Notes under the pieces: generated by a model
Told to the model about the DNA's origin: nothing
What the model saw: only the letters and a program-made list of their open reading frames with translations
Database searches by the model: none
Source of the DNA: Convolutriloba macropyga
Lineage: Eukaryota
Length of the DNA: 51,548 nucleotides
NCBI RefSeq assembly: GCF_964194025.1
Contig: NC_134474.1
Coordinates: 33,244,453-33,296,000, forward strand
Reading direction: 5' to 3'
Translations under genes and position numbers: made by a program
Shown here: positions 13,155 to 23,900 of the stretch, piece by piece
Layout: each line of letters opens with the position of its first letter
Position numbering within the stretch: the first letter of the stretch is position 1

Positions 13155-14519
13155 CTGCAAATCAACAAATATGTTAATATTGAACCTGGTGAATATCAAA
13201 AGTTAAACTTGCTAAATCTTGCAATAATCTTGCAGAGAAGGGGTAAGTAAACATGCGAGATTTGGTAGAAGATGATAGTGCAGGAACTTGTAAGAAAATA
13301 TTTGTCTTGCAAGAACGTTTTAGAACTTTTTAAAACAAGGAGGCTCGTGCGTCTGCAAATGATGTTCCGAAACGCGCTCATCTACATAACTGTCTATTGA
13401 CTTAACTGTCTTTTGTCTTACATTTTTAAAAGAGATAATCAAAAATAATGTTTGAGTTTTTAAAAAACCGATACACAACTAAAGTAAAAATTGAATTAAA
13501 TATTGCCATGCCTCATTTCAACGAGATCTGCATGGAAAAGACTACGAGAAAAAACAACAAAAATAAAAAAGCAAAAAAAAACAAAAATTTTCAGACAAAA
13601 CCCTAACTACACAAATTTGAATTTTCTACACTAACTACAGAGCAAAACCCTAACTACACAGCAGATGGGATTTGTCTTTAAAGAGACTAGGTAACGAAAA
13701 ACTCATAAATCAGTCAACCCTTTTAAACCAAATAATTTCAAGTCTCAAAAATCATTAGCTTTTAAAGAATTAATTCTTGATAATTTTACTAAAAACTCAT
13801 TATGAAACCAATAGGACCTGTCTTTGGCTTGACTAAGCCATAGGAACGGAGTATATATGCAGAAAAACTCAAAAAATTACAAACAACAAATTAAAAAACA
13901 TTGCGAAAGCACAAATAAGTGAAGCCAATAAAATCATTAGCTATTATATTAACTGAATATTATGTATTTTTATTTCAAATTCTATGTATACTAGATCAGC
14001 TAAGTTAAACTGCACGAATAAAAAAATTCTAGTGAGCCACTTTTTATATTCATTGGGATCTTTTATTAGGCGATTGTGCTAAAGCAGAAAAAGAAACACA
14101 ATTACACCACTCAAACAAGTTTTGTATGAAAATGCATATTGTCAAACAAACAAAACATCAGTTACGTCATAATATCTTAAAACGTGTTAAATTTTGAATT
14201 ACAGGGATTTGCATGAGACCTCTTAAAGATGAGAAAAAGTTAAAAATTGAAGACAACAACAACAACAAAATCTGAAAAAAATGATGAATCAGTAAACATG
14301 AAATGTAAATACATTTAGACAACAAATTTTTTTTGGGAAAACCCGTAGTTTCAACGCCAATATATTCAGCAACTTTCAACAGAAGCTAATATAGCTGATA
14401 AATACAATAAACTAAGCCTCAGTGAGACGACGAAGATGTTTGTCATCCACAACTCAACAACAAGATATTACAGAAAGACATTGATAAAGAAAACAACAAC
14501 AAACACAGGCAATTAAGAA

Positions 14520-15412
14520 AAGTGGGAAAAAGCGAAAATAAAAATTCGAATCCATTAAAATCATCAACTTTTCTCTATAAACTTTATGTATGATCCAATA
14601 ATTGTCTGCACTAAGCAAATGCAATTATCAATATTAGGATAATGAGTTAAAATTTCAAAAGGAACCAAAATTACTACAAAAAATACCAAAAAATCAAATT
14701 AAAAATTTTGAAAACTCGTCCATCGAACTCATAACACTAATAGTTAGAGCGTAATACGCAAACCAGATTAATTTTGGGCGAAGTAGAGAAGAAGGATCAG
14801 GTCATTTTTGAGACGGACTCACAGTTCACGAAATAAGGGTTAAGATCATTTTATGTAAAAAAACTCTGGAAAAATCATTTCTAAAGTCTTAACAGCCATT
14901 AAATTCAATAACATTCGGAAGTCGATAAATACGCTCAGTTATCCCTCATTTGGCGGATATTTTGAATGCATAGGTAATCAATAGGACATAACAATAAGTC
15001 TCATGATTATGGAAACAACAATACATGGAGGCAAAAACAAAAAACTCAGTGGAAAAATGCGAGAAGTATCGAAGTCCTTTAAACCATAAGTTTTCTCTGC
15101 AAACTTTATCCATGATTCATTGAAAATCTTTTCTAATGCCAATGGGATATATCAATATCAGGATAAGGTGATAAGATTTCAAGAGGGACCAATAAAAGAA
15201 AATCTCAAAAAATTTTGAAATCTTGTGATATTCAAGTCATGTAACAAATAGTCAGAAGACCGCTGACCAGATTGATTTTGATCGCAGTAGAGAGAAAGGG
15301 GGTCGTCTCGTCATTGCTGAGACAGACTTACAATTCACGAAGAACGTTTTTGATCGAGCGGTTAGTGTTAAAAAAAGTTGTCGAGAAATCAATTTTATGG
15401 TCTTAACAGCCA
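14520..15412 (+). repeat. Old diverged tandem duplication, period about 510-530 bp
   Basis: Shared blocks: accagatt.atttt..cg.agtagaga (14762/15266), gagac.gact.aca.ttcacgaa, and gtcttaacagcca (14886/15400). Confidence 0.6.
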
Positions 15413-18400
15413 CAAGCTATCCACTCAAAGCTCTCGATAGGTTCATTTAATGCTCTTTACGAACCCTAATGTCAACATTTCTATGCCACAAACCGATCAA
15501 ATGCCAAAAATTTAGTTAAATCTCATAAATAAAATCAAAATTTCTTTTAAAACTACGAAAAATTCAAGAGTCGAAGCCAAGAAAAACAAAAGCGATTCCT
15601 TGAAACCACATTTTTTGTTCATTGTGCTTCATTAGACGGTAAATCAGGTTTCTCATTAACAGAACCTCGGTATGAAAAGTGAATAGTTTCTAGGTGACTT
15701 AGGAAAACAAAAAAATATGAAACGTTTTCTAAAAAGGAAATCTCAAATAGAATGTTAATTTTTTTGATAGTAAACTTTCCTGTGAGACCAAAACAGTCTT
15801 TTTATCGCCTTTTGTCTATTAGGAACTCGAAATTGGTTTTTTGTGGCGTGAATCGGAATTTTGACTGAATATTTTTCTGAAAATATGTCCTAATTTGAAG
15901 AAAAATTGCAATAGAAGTGAACAAAATCTTGTCAAATATTACGTGTTCTCACAAAACTTCAATTCTCGATAACTTCTCCAAAAAAACGAAATTCAAAAAA
16001 ATCTATTCAGTTTCGAATTCTTCGCTGGACGAGCTTTTTAATGATACCACTCACATGATTATATCGATGAATACATCGACCTACGAATATATCGATGAAT
16101 ATATACGATGGATATTTAATGATACTACGATGAATATATCGATCGGCCAAAACTGTCTGAACAATAATAAACCCATTTGAGTATATATTGCTCCTCCCCC
16201 CACAAGTAGGGTCGGAACAAAAATATTGCAATAATTTTTTAGTTTGATGGTAGACTCTCATATCCAATTTTCAGCGACTCCAACAAAAAGAAAAGATCAA
16301 TGCTTGACTACAAAATGTAAAATTGCTACAAGTCTGACGTTTGCAAGAGTATTGAAAACCAGTGAAATAAAAACTAATTTGAATTTGATACACTCTTTCG
16401 CTTAGTTCGAGCGTTTTTTCTTCCTACCAATCAAGGTCTTGAAATAATTTTGCACCTATGTCTAGCCTTTAAATGTTCTCGCAAGATATCTAGCGAAGAA
16501 AAAGAAATGGCAAAATCGGGCAGGAACCTTGCAAAATGCAACATAGTCTTGCTAAAACTTGGCAAGACTAGCTTTTCCGACTCAAAAAGAAGTCTTTGCA
16601 CAATTTGCAAGAAAATACGCATAAATGACCCCGAGAACGCCATCGGATTGATTTGCCGGTGGCATTCTTTAAATCTCTGCTTATAGTAAAATATGATATA
16701 AAATGAACAACAATCAGTAATATAAATGATTCGGCTGTTTTTTGAAGTGTTAGCTATTACTGCGAGCATTCTCTTCAATCCGAGCTGCCCGAGCATAAAA
16801 TCCAAAAACGCGTGAAAGTATAATGTCCTTCGAATCAGCAAAGATAAGAGTAGACTGAATAAGAGCTGCGAAATTCGTTCCCAGAAAAAAGAGATTTCAG
16901 TGATTACAATTAGTATATGTTTAGTATATGATTAGAAAGTGTACGCTTTGCGCTGTTTGATATCAACCAGCTGACCAATTAACTTTAATGAAGTAAATAT
17001 GGCACAATTATGTCGCCCAAAAATGTTTTCTTCTTTCAAACACAAAATTATTAAAAAATTTTGTATAAAAGGTTTTCATGAAGTCGACTACAAACACTAG
17101 AGTATTTCAAAACGATATTTTCAAGCGTCTAAATTCAATACTAGGCGATCTAAAGTTTGTGTGGTCTATTTCCGCATTAATTGTTTATGTGATTACTTTT
17201 ACTGGAAATTAACATATTGTTTTTCCATAAATTTTCCGAAAGCACAATGGCATTGGTCACTCAATTCTGAGAGATTTTCGGTTTCCGAAGATTCATTGTA
17301 CGCTGTAAATGCCCATAGTTGACAATATACAATTCATATGGTTTTCGTATTTCTGAGACAATGGTTATATCTAATAATAATCTGAAAAAAAACACTTTTG
17401 TCCAAATTGTGGCGAGTGTTCTCATTATTGAGCGCATAAGTTTATCACAAACTTGAAGTAATTATTTACATTCTTGATAGTTTTCTTACGAAAAGAGTTA
17501 TACAAAAGAATGGAGCTATAGATAAAAGAACGGTTTTCTTCTCTCAAAAACAACATTTTTGAACAGTTGTTTACAATACATTGTTTGCTCTATGGTCTGC
17601 ATGCAATCTCTCTGCGCTGTTAAATTGTTAATTCATAATAAACACACTTTCGTACGAGCCAACAATTTTTCTGAAACTGGCAATCAATCACTTTGAGAAC
17701 ATATTTTGATTAATTTGCAAATTTTTGATCGCACACAATTCGGGGTCTCTCATTTTATAGCCCCACCCTCACGAAATTTTCCAGCCACCCCGGTGGAGTA
17801 CTTATCACGCAATGATCACTAGGTTCTGGGCTATAATTGGAATGACCCAATTTCTTACACAGAATGATCTAATAGTTCTATTGCGAAGTCATGGGGGAGA
17901 ATTGGAGTGGTATAATACAATAACACTCATAATATCATGTCGCCTCTAGCTTTAATCTTATGTTCTGTTTAATAGTTTTATATCGAGTTCCAGGGGCCGC
18001 TGAGGCATGACCAAGTGATTATTTTACTAAAAAAAGATTTGAATTTTGGTGAGTTCAGAGTAAATTCAGTAAAATAAAACTTTTTAATTAATGAAGACTT
18101 TTTCTATTATTCATTGCACCTCCTTGTTTGTCGTTGACCAGTTTGGAAAGCAATACAAAGTAAAATTCAGAAAAACCTTATCAAATTGTAAGTATCTACC
18201 TCTCATATTGGCTTCAATTTAGGCTGAAACCCAGGCTGTCCAACTTTCTCACCCCTATTTATATGATTCTTTATCATTTGACTCCAATTTATTCACCCCT
18301 CTATCATTCAACCCCTCTATCTTTAAGCATAAAGCCACTGATTACGTCAGGCGCCATCAATTAGGAGTTCATTCCCCTGCCTCCATGAAACTATTTGTGT

Positions 18401-18696
18401 GAATATGAGCTCTAAATTAACAAAGATTGATCAAAGCCTGCACACTAAAAACGTTCGGGTAAATTTACTTAAAAATTCAAGTATATTTGCTTGAATTTTT
18501 AGGTCAATTGACTTGAACTCCATCAAATAACGAAACTGTTCAGTTATTTTTTTCAGTTGTCTTTCAGTTATGTTCAGGTAAAAGTTCAGGTAGTTATACT
18601 TGAATTTTTCAGGTAATTTTTAAGGGTTTTTATTAGAGCAACTCTTTGCTCTTTATGTTGATTCAACGTCAACACCATTATAGTGAGAGTAAAGTT

Positions 18697-18773
18697 TGGG
18701 ACCTTTGCGGGTTGCGACCCCACAATCTCTTAATTGATTGCAATCGTGTGCTCTCCACTGAGCCAACTGGTAC
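18697..18773 (-). ncRNA. tRNA-like sequence in the 3' LTR (second copy)
   Basis: Same cloverleaf; A box 18755-18765 and B-box-like 18709-18720 are identical to the 5' LTR copy. Confidence 0.68.
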
Positions 18774-18870
18774 ACACTGCGAGAGTCTTACTATGCTCTC
18801 TTATATTGAGCTATCATTTCAAGCTCCATCTTATGATCACAACTTACTTACTAGAGTGCATACTCTAACA

Positions 18871-18880
18871 CGCCCCTTTA
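18871..18880 (-). promoter_or_regulatory. Polypurine tract
   Basis: TAAAGGGGCG immediately precedes the TG of the 3' LTR. Confidence 0.75.
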
Positions 18881-18928
18881 AGTTGTGCATCATTTCTCCT
18901 CACTTTCAACTTCTGGCTAGAGAGTTTT

Positions 18929-18943
18929 GCTGAGCCCATAACC
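18929..18943 (-). promoter_or_regulatory. Primer-binding site complementary to the anticodon arm of initiator tRNA-Met
   Basis: The + strand GCTGAGCCCATAACC matches animal tRNA-iMet GCTGGGCCCATAACC (recalled sequence) at 14/15 and directly abuts the 5' LTR. Confidence 0.85.
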
Positions 18944-19007
18944 TATTAGAGCAACGTTTTGCTCGTTATGTTAATTCAACGTCAACACCATTATAGTGAG
19001 AGTAAAG

Positions 19008-19084
19008 TGGGACCTTTGCGGGTTGCGACCCCACAATCTCTTTATTGATTGCAATCGTTTGCTCTCCACTGAGCCAACTGGTCC
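19008..19084 (-). ncRNA. tRNA-like sequence with Pol III A/B boxes in the 5' LTR (not a canonical tRNA)
   Basis: GGACCAGT-TGGCTCAGTGG(A box)-AGAGC...GATTGCAATC...GTGGG-GTCGCAA-CCCGC-AAAGGTCCCA: D stem GCTC/GAGC, 5-bp T stem with 7-nt loop, partial acceptor GGACC/GGTCC. Confidence 0.7.
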
Positions 19085-19639
19085 ACACTGCGAGAGTCTT
19101 ACTATGCTCTCTTATATTGAGCTATCATTTCAAGCTCCATTTTACGATCACAACTTACTTACTAGAGTGTGTACTCTAACAGTTTTTCAGGTGTGTTCAG
19201 GTGAGACAAATGTAGGGTTTTTGTTGAGAGAAATCTGTCTGAACTGTTCAGTTAAATTCAGGTGTTTTTTCATAAGTAAATTTACCTGAATTTTTCTTAG
19301 TGTGCGACCAATCGTGGCAATATTAATGGTACAACGGAACAATTTTAGACGCAAAAATGAGCAATGCTGCTCATGAAAAGAACATCTATGTGAAATATGA
19401 GGAATAATCAGAGAAAAAAGCGACTGAGAACAGGCAGCTCTGTGTCAATACTGTTCCGCTGCAAATATGCAGAAACCAGAGGACGCATAATACCACAAAA
19501 ATTTGGTAACATGTATTTTTCATATGAATAGATTCATGACATCGTAGCAGACTGAAGGAGCTAAAATGTGTGATTCTATTGTTTCCTTCTGAGGTCAATA
19601 TTAACTCTGATATCAGTTTTAAACAATGATTTTACTCAC

Positions 19640-19672
19640 CAAAACTTTGACGAACGGTTTCGGGTTCGTCCC
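19640..19672 (-). CDS. Exon 7: 33-nt linker microexon
   Basis: tttttcag|...|gtgagt strong sites, phase 1-1; WDEPETVRQSF. Confidence 0.7.
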
Positions 19673-19909
19673 CTGAAAAAGAAGGAGCGTTTTTGTCCCA
19701 GGTTGAGATTTTTCATGATTGCAAACATAGAACATCATAGGTTTTGTTGGATAAACTCGGCCAACAGCCATGAAAGTCTCTTTCTGAAGTTAACTTAGAT
19801 CACCCGAAAAAGAGTTTCTGGTTATATTCTGGTTGCCCTCCCCCGTTTCATGCTACCTGATTACAATATATTTGTTGTTATGTAGCACTAATTATAGCAT
19901 CGAGAATAT

Positions 19910-20261
19910 CCCAGGTTGAGGTCCCAGACGGAAAGTCGATATGTCCAGACCCAGATGAACGCACGACGGGGGTGTCGTGCTTTCAAATTTACATGGTCTG
20001 GAAACAAGGAAAAACGCACGAAAGTCTGGACGCACTAAGCTAAATTCTTAAAAACGCACTAAAGCTAAATTCTTAAGATTAGTCAATTGTCGCTATTCGA
20101 ATGTCTTTCAACAATACTGGTTTGAAATTATGAATCGTTTCAGATTGTGTATTGGATAAACGCCCAGTACGTTATGCACCACCAGTTACAGCGCATATGT
20201 CTTAAGATAGAATATCCATATGGAAAAATGTGACACGTTCGTCTGGGATCCGAAACTTGGA
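19910..20261. mobile_element. Short copy of the CCCAGGTTGAGGTCC-TIR family
   Basis: Left end cccaggttgaggtcccagacg; degenerate right end cgtctgggatccgaaacttgga. Confidence 0.65.
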
Positions 20262-20355
20262 TAACAACTTTGGATAACGAAACAGAAAAGATCCGAACGT
20301 TCGCAAGTCTTATTTTGAATTACAAGCTTATCCTCATATATGTCACTACCTGCGA

Positions 20356-20748
20356 CCCGGGCCGAGGTTTCATCCTTAATCCAATCTAATTAGCCATATT
20401 TTATCTATATTAGCTTTATTTTATCCACTCCTTGCTAAGAGTGTATTTTAGGATTGACAGATAAAAAGTTCTTCCACAATTACCATTATAACCAAATTGA
20501 AGCGTATAATTCTCACAAGAGTTGGCGCAATGGTTAATGCGCAGACTGAAATTAACATGTTCGACAGATGAAAGATTGGGGCATCAATTCACGCTACCTC
20601 CTGCAACTTTACTTTTTTTAAAAGTACACTCTTATAATAACACTATTCAAGCCTTAATTAAGCGGAGAACTAGGGGTGTAATTTAAAAAATGTTTACACT
20701 CTTTACACCTTTTTCTCCGTTGTTTTTGGGTTATATTCTTGGCCCGGG
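20356..20748. mobile_element. CCC..GGG MITE with a central A-box-like motif
   Basis: cccgggccgagg versus the reverse complement cccgggccaaga; flanks GA/CA; TGGCGCAATGG at 20523-20533. Confidence 0.55.
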
Positions 20749-20801
20749 CAGATAAATAGCAAGACGCTCAAAACGAACTATTTAAATTTTCTAATACTTA
20801 C

Positions 20802-20912
20802 AATTTTGTATGAAGAATTCTGCAGCTTTGCCAACTTCTTCCCCTCTCATTGGCTGAATTGTGACCACATAAGACTGACACTCATCCAATGAAGTGATCA
20901 AAGCTGATAAAC
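20802..20912 (-). CDS. Exon 6: second half of FN3 domain 1
   Basis: ctttcactccag|...|gtaagt, phase 1-1; GLSALITSLDECQSYVVTIQPMRGEEVGKAAEFFIQN (L..L....Y.V.I pattern). Confidence 0.85.
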
Positions 20913-23900
20913 CTGGAGTGAAAGTTGTCTCAAAACAAGAAAACAGTTTATAATAAAAAATAAGATTAAATCAATGTCCTTTTTTTCAGCTGGTAAAGGT
21001 CTTATACTGAAATAGCAAAATCAAATTTGTAAGAATATGTCCAGTTAATGGTATAGTTTTGAAAAATTTCGATTTCTCTACTTTTTTAATCAAAAGCAAA
21101 GAGATAATAAATTTCTTACTTTAAGTCGATTTTGGGTGAAATTTCAATGGTTATAACTTGAACTTTGGATACTAAAAGAGGCCTCGACCGTACGAAAACT
21201 TTGAAGGACTTGAAGAAGGGTTTGAAACTTTGCTTTAATTCCTTTAGCATGCAACCTAGTTAATTTTTATCCATTTTTCCATGACTCAAGCCTACTGTTT
21301 TTACGCACTCAGCAAAATTTTCTCTCATAGATTATTAAATCAAGTTCTCGTTGTTAAGTTAAACAAATATTCATTTAGACCAAACTTTTATGTGAAAAAA
21401 TTTGTCGAGTTTCTTATTTCAAGCAAGTAACAATCAGGAGAGATTCGTCTCATTGCAAAATTTAGATTTGGTTATTACTATAAGACCAGTTTTCCGCAGA
21501 ACGTAAAGAGGAGAAATTAACAAACCTATGACTACAGTGTTTGCTCAGAAGAAAATTGACAATTATTTGATTTAAGGGGTTGGGGCTGTATTCTCAAATG
21601 CTTTTTTCGTTTTTCGCTGGGTCAGTTTTGTTCGACCGATATATTCATCTTAGAGAATTGTGAATGATATCATTAGAAAGCTCTTCAAGCGTAGAATTGG
21701 AAAATAAAAAGATTTATCTGAATGTTTTTTGAGGACTTATAGTGGTTAAAAATTTGGGCGCAATTTTAGTTTTTTTCTGTACCAAAAATTTTACTCAAAA
21801 TTTTTTCGACACAATGAACAATAATTTTTTGTTCCTGGAGAGGGAGCAGTGATAAAAAACGCTAGTTTTCAGCGACAAAAAAAACATTTTCCCAGTTCGT
21901 TTTCACAATTTTTAGGTTTTTCTAGTGTCTTTTAGACGGAGTTCCTTTTCATATCAAGCTTCTATTAAAGAAGAACCTATTTACGACCAAGTGGGGCCCA
22001 ATGAACAATTACTTGTTTCCAGGGAACCATTGCTCATGGTTTTTATGGCTTCAAGGATGTGTTTTAGTAAGTTTTGCAGAAGTTTTTTGTTTTACCTGCA
22101 TTTGGAGCCTTTTTCGAGTCCTATGTCTTAACTTCGTCTATTGAAAAAGCAAACGGCCTAACATTGAGAATTAATTCAAACTACCTAATGCTTTGAAAGT
22201 GTGACTGATGGTTCCAGAGAATACTTCTTCGAAAAAATTGAACGTTGAACGTTTTCAAACCTGATTCTGCGAACTTGCAGATCTCCCCTATTAATAACTT
22301 GTTCATTACGCTTGATAACAAAAAATAGTAAATTTGTTAGTGGTTTCGCCTTCTAACTACTGGTTTGTTGACTTTGAAGCTACAAGTTTTTAATAGATTT
22401 TGTGATTCTTGAATATTTTTTCCCTAATCGTGGTTCTATTTTGGAATTCTTGTCACCTTATAAGAATATTGAAACTTTAAATTGCCACTGAAAACACTTT
22501 TTGATGAACACAACGAATGTTGTCACAGAAGGGCACCTGGTTTTAAAGGCTTCAACTCTTTGTTCTGGCTCCTTTCTATTCAATTTTGTTTATTTCCTGT
22601 GTTTGTCTCTTTTGTAGTTATATTCTGATGAATGATTTGTCTCCTTGGATTCCAATTGTTGGTTTCCAGGTTAAAAAAACTTGTTTAAAGCTTGCTTTTT
22701 ATAACTCTTTGTTTGAAAGCTCGAAATTTAGTAATTTTTCTAGATCATTTCGGTTCTGTTGATTTAATTCAATCCACATTATCAAAATAGTAAGAAATCT
22801 CAGTGTTGGTAAAAATCATTTTAAACTATCCCAAAATTTTTTGCTCTGAACGTCTCATTTCTTAATGACTTCGACACCCTTCTTGCATTTTTTTGACTTC
22901 TTGCTTTACCGTGTAATTGTCATCTTTTATGTAGTACTGGATATTTTTTGATTGATGATTGATTTGAATGTCTTGTTTTTAATGAAGCTATGGAATATAT
23001 TCAATGTGGTAAGTTGATAGCTGATGGTTTTGATGATTTTATTTGATTTCAAACTTTTTAGTTTTTTTCAGGTTCTATTTTTTTTGTTTTTCTTTTTGTC
23101 AGCCTGAAACTGAGTGTCATCAATGAGAAGTCCAATTCCTCTTCCTTTGATTTAAAAATCAACTTCTCAGTTGTTTTTGCGATACAGCCGATGCTATATA
23201 TAAGGGTCACTACGCTTTCTTATTAAAATTTTGGCATCAATATTTTGTGTTTTTGTATTTTGTTTGTAAACATTTCTGTTTTTCTACATCTGTAGTTTTT
23301 TTTCAGTCCGTTTCTTTGGCTTGTTCATGCAAAAGTTGTATTCTTCGAGGAGTAACAAATGAAGTTTTCAGGAATTTTCATTTAATTGGTTATGGTTTTT
23401 TACTTTTAAAAATATTTGGTCTTGAAAAATTCTATGGATTTTTGAAATATGTTCCTTCTTTGTCGACTGGCAATCTATTCCCATAATAAACCAGACCCAT
23501 ACGCTTCGAAACTGAGGACAGGTGAAGTTGCGTAGTTTAGGTTTTATCTGATGATATTAAGGTTTTGTTACTACGTTCTTTTAAAAGTAGAGAGATTCTG
23601 CCAGAGAGAGTTTTTGTTTGTTTTGTCATTTGTATTGTCTCTTAGTCTGATTAATGGCAGGTATCATGAGCTCTCTATTGCGGCTTCGCAATATTTATCT
23701 CATTTAGTAATTTTCTTTTGAAATAATTTTTTTACTCAAACGTCTTCTTGTATTTGAGTCTAATCTCTTCATTTGTTACACCCTTAAGCCAAAACTGTAG
23801 ATTAGATGGGTCAAAATATTATGTGCAAATGCACATTACGGAGCCTCCTTGTTGCTATTTCAACTGCCAACTGCTACTTGCAGGTCAGTAAACCTGCCAG

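Larger units (their letters stand above)
18631..19181 (-). mobile_element. Complete TRIM (miniature non-autonomous LTR retrotransposon) with a copia-type PBS
   Basis: LTRs 18944-19181 and 18631-18870 (11 substitutions and one 2-bp indel by manual count); termini TGTTAGAG..CTCTAATA; 73-bp internal region with PBS GGTTATGGGCTCAGC and PPT TAAAGGGGCG; perfect 5-bp TSD GTTTT at 18626-18630 and 19182-19186. Confidence 0.93.
18441..19304. mobile_element. CAC..GTG-ended non-autonomous DNA transposon (MITE) hosting the TRIM
   Basis: cacactaaaaacgttcgggtaaatttactta versus the reverse complement of the right end cacactaagaaaaattcaggtaaatttactta; internal ttcaggt subrepeats on both sides of the TRIM. 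Confidence 0.75.

Noticed and set aside
18697-19084. Functional tRNA-Cys genes
   Set aside because: Non-canonical T loop, imperfect anticodon and acceptor stems, no T-run terminator; the sequences are part of LTRs.
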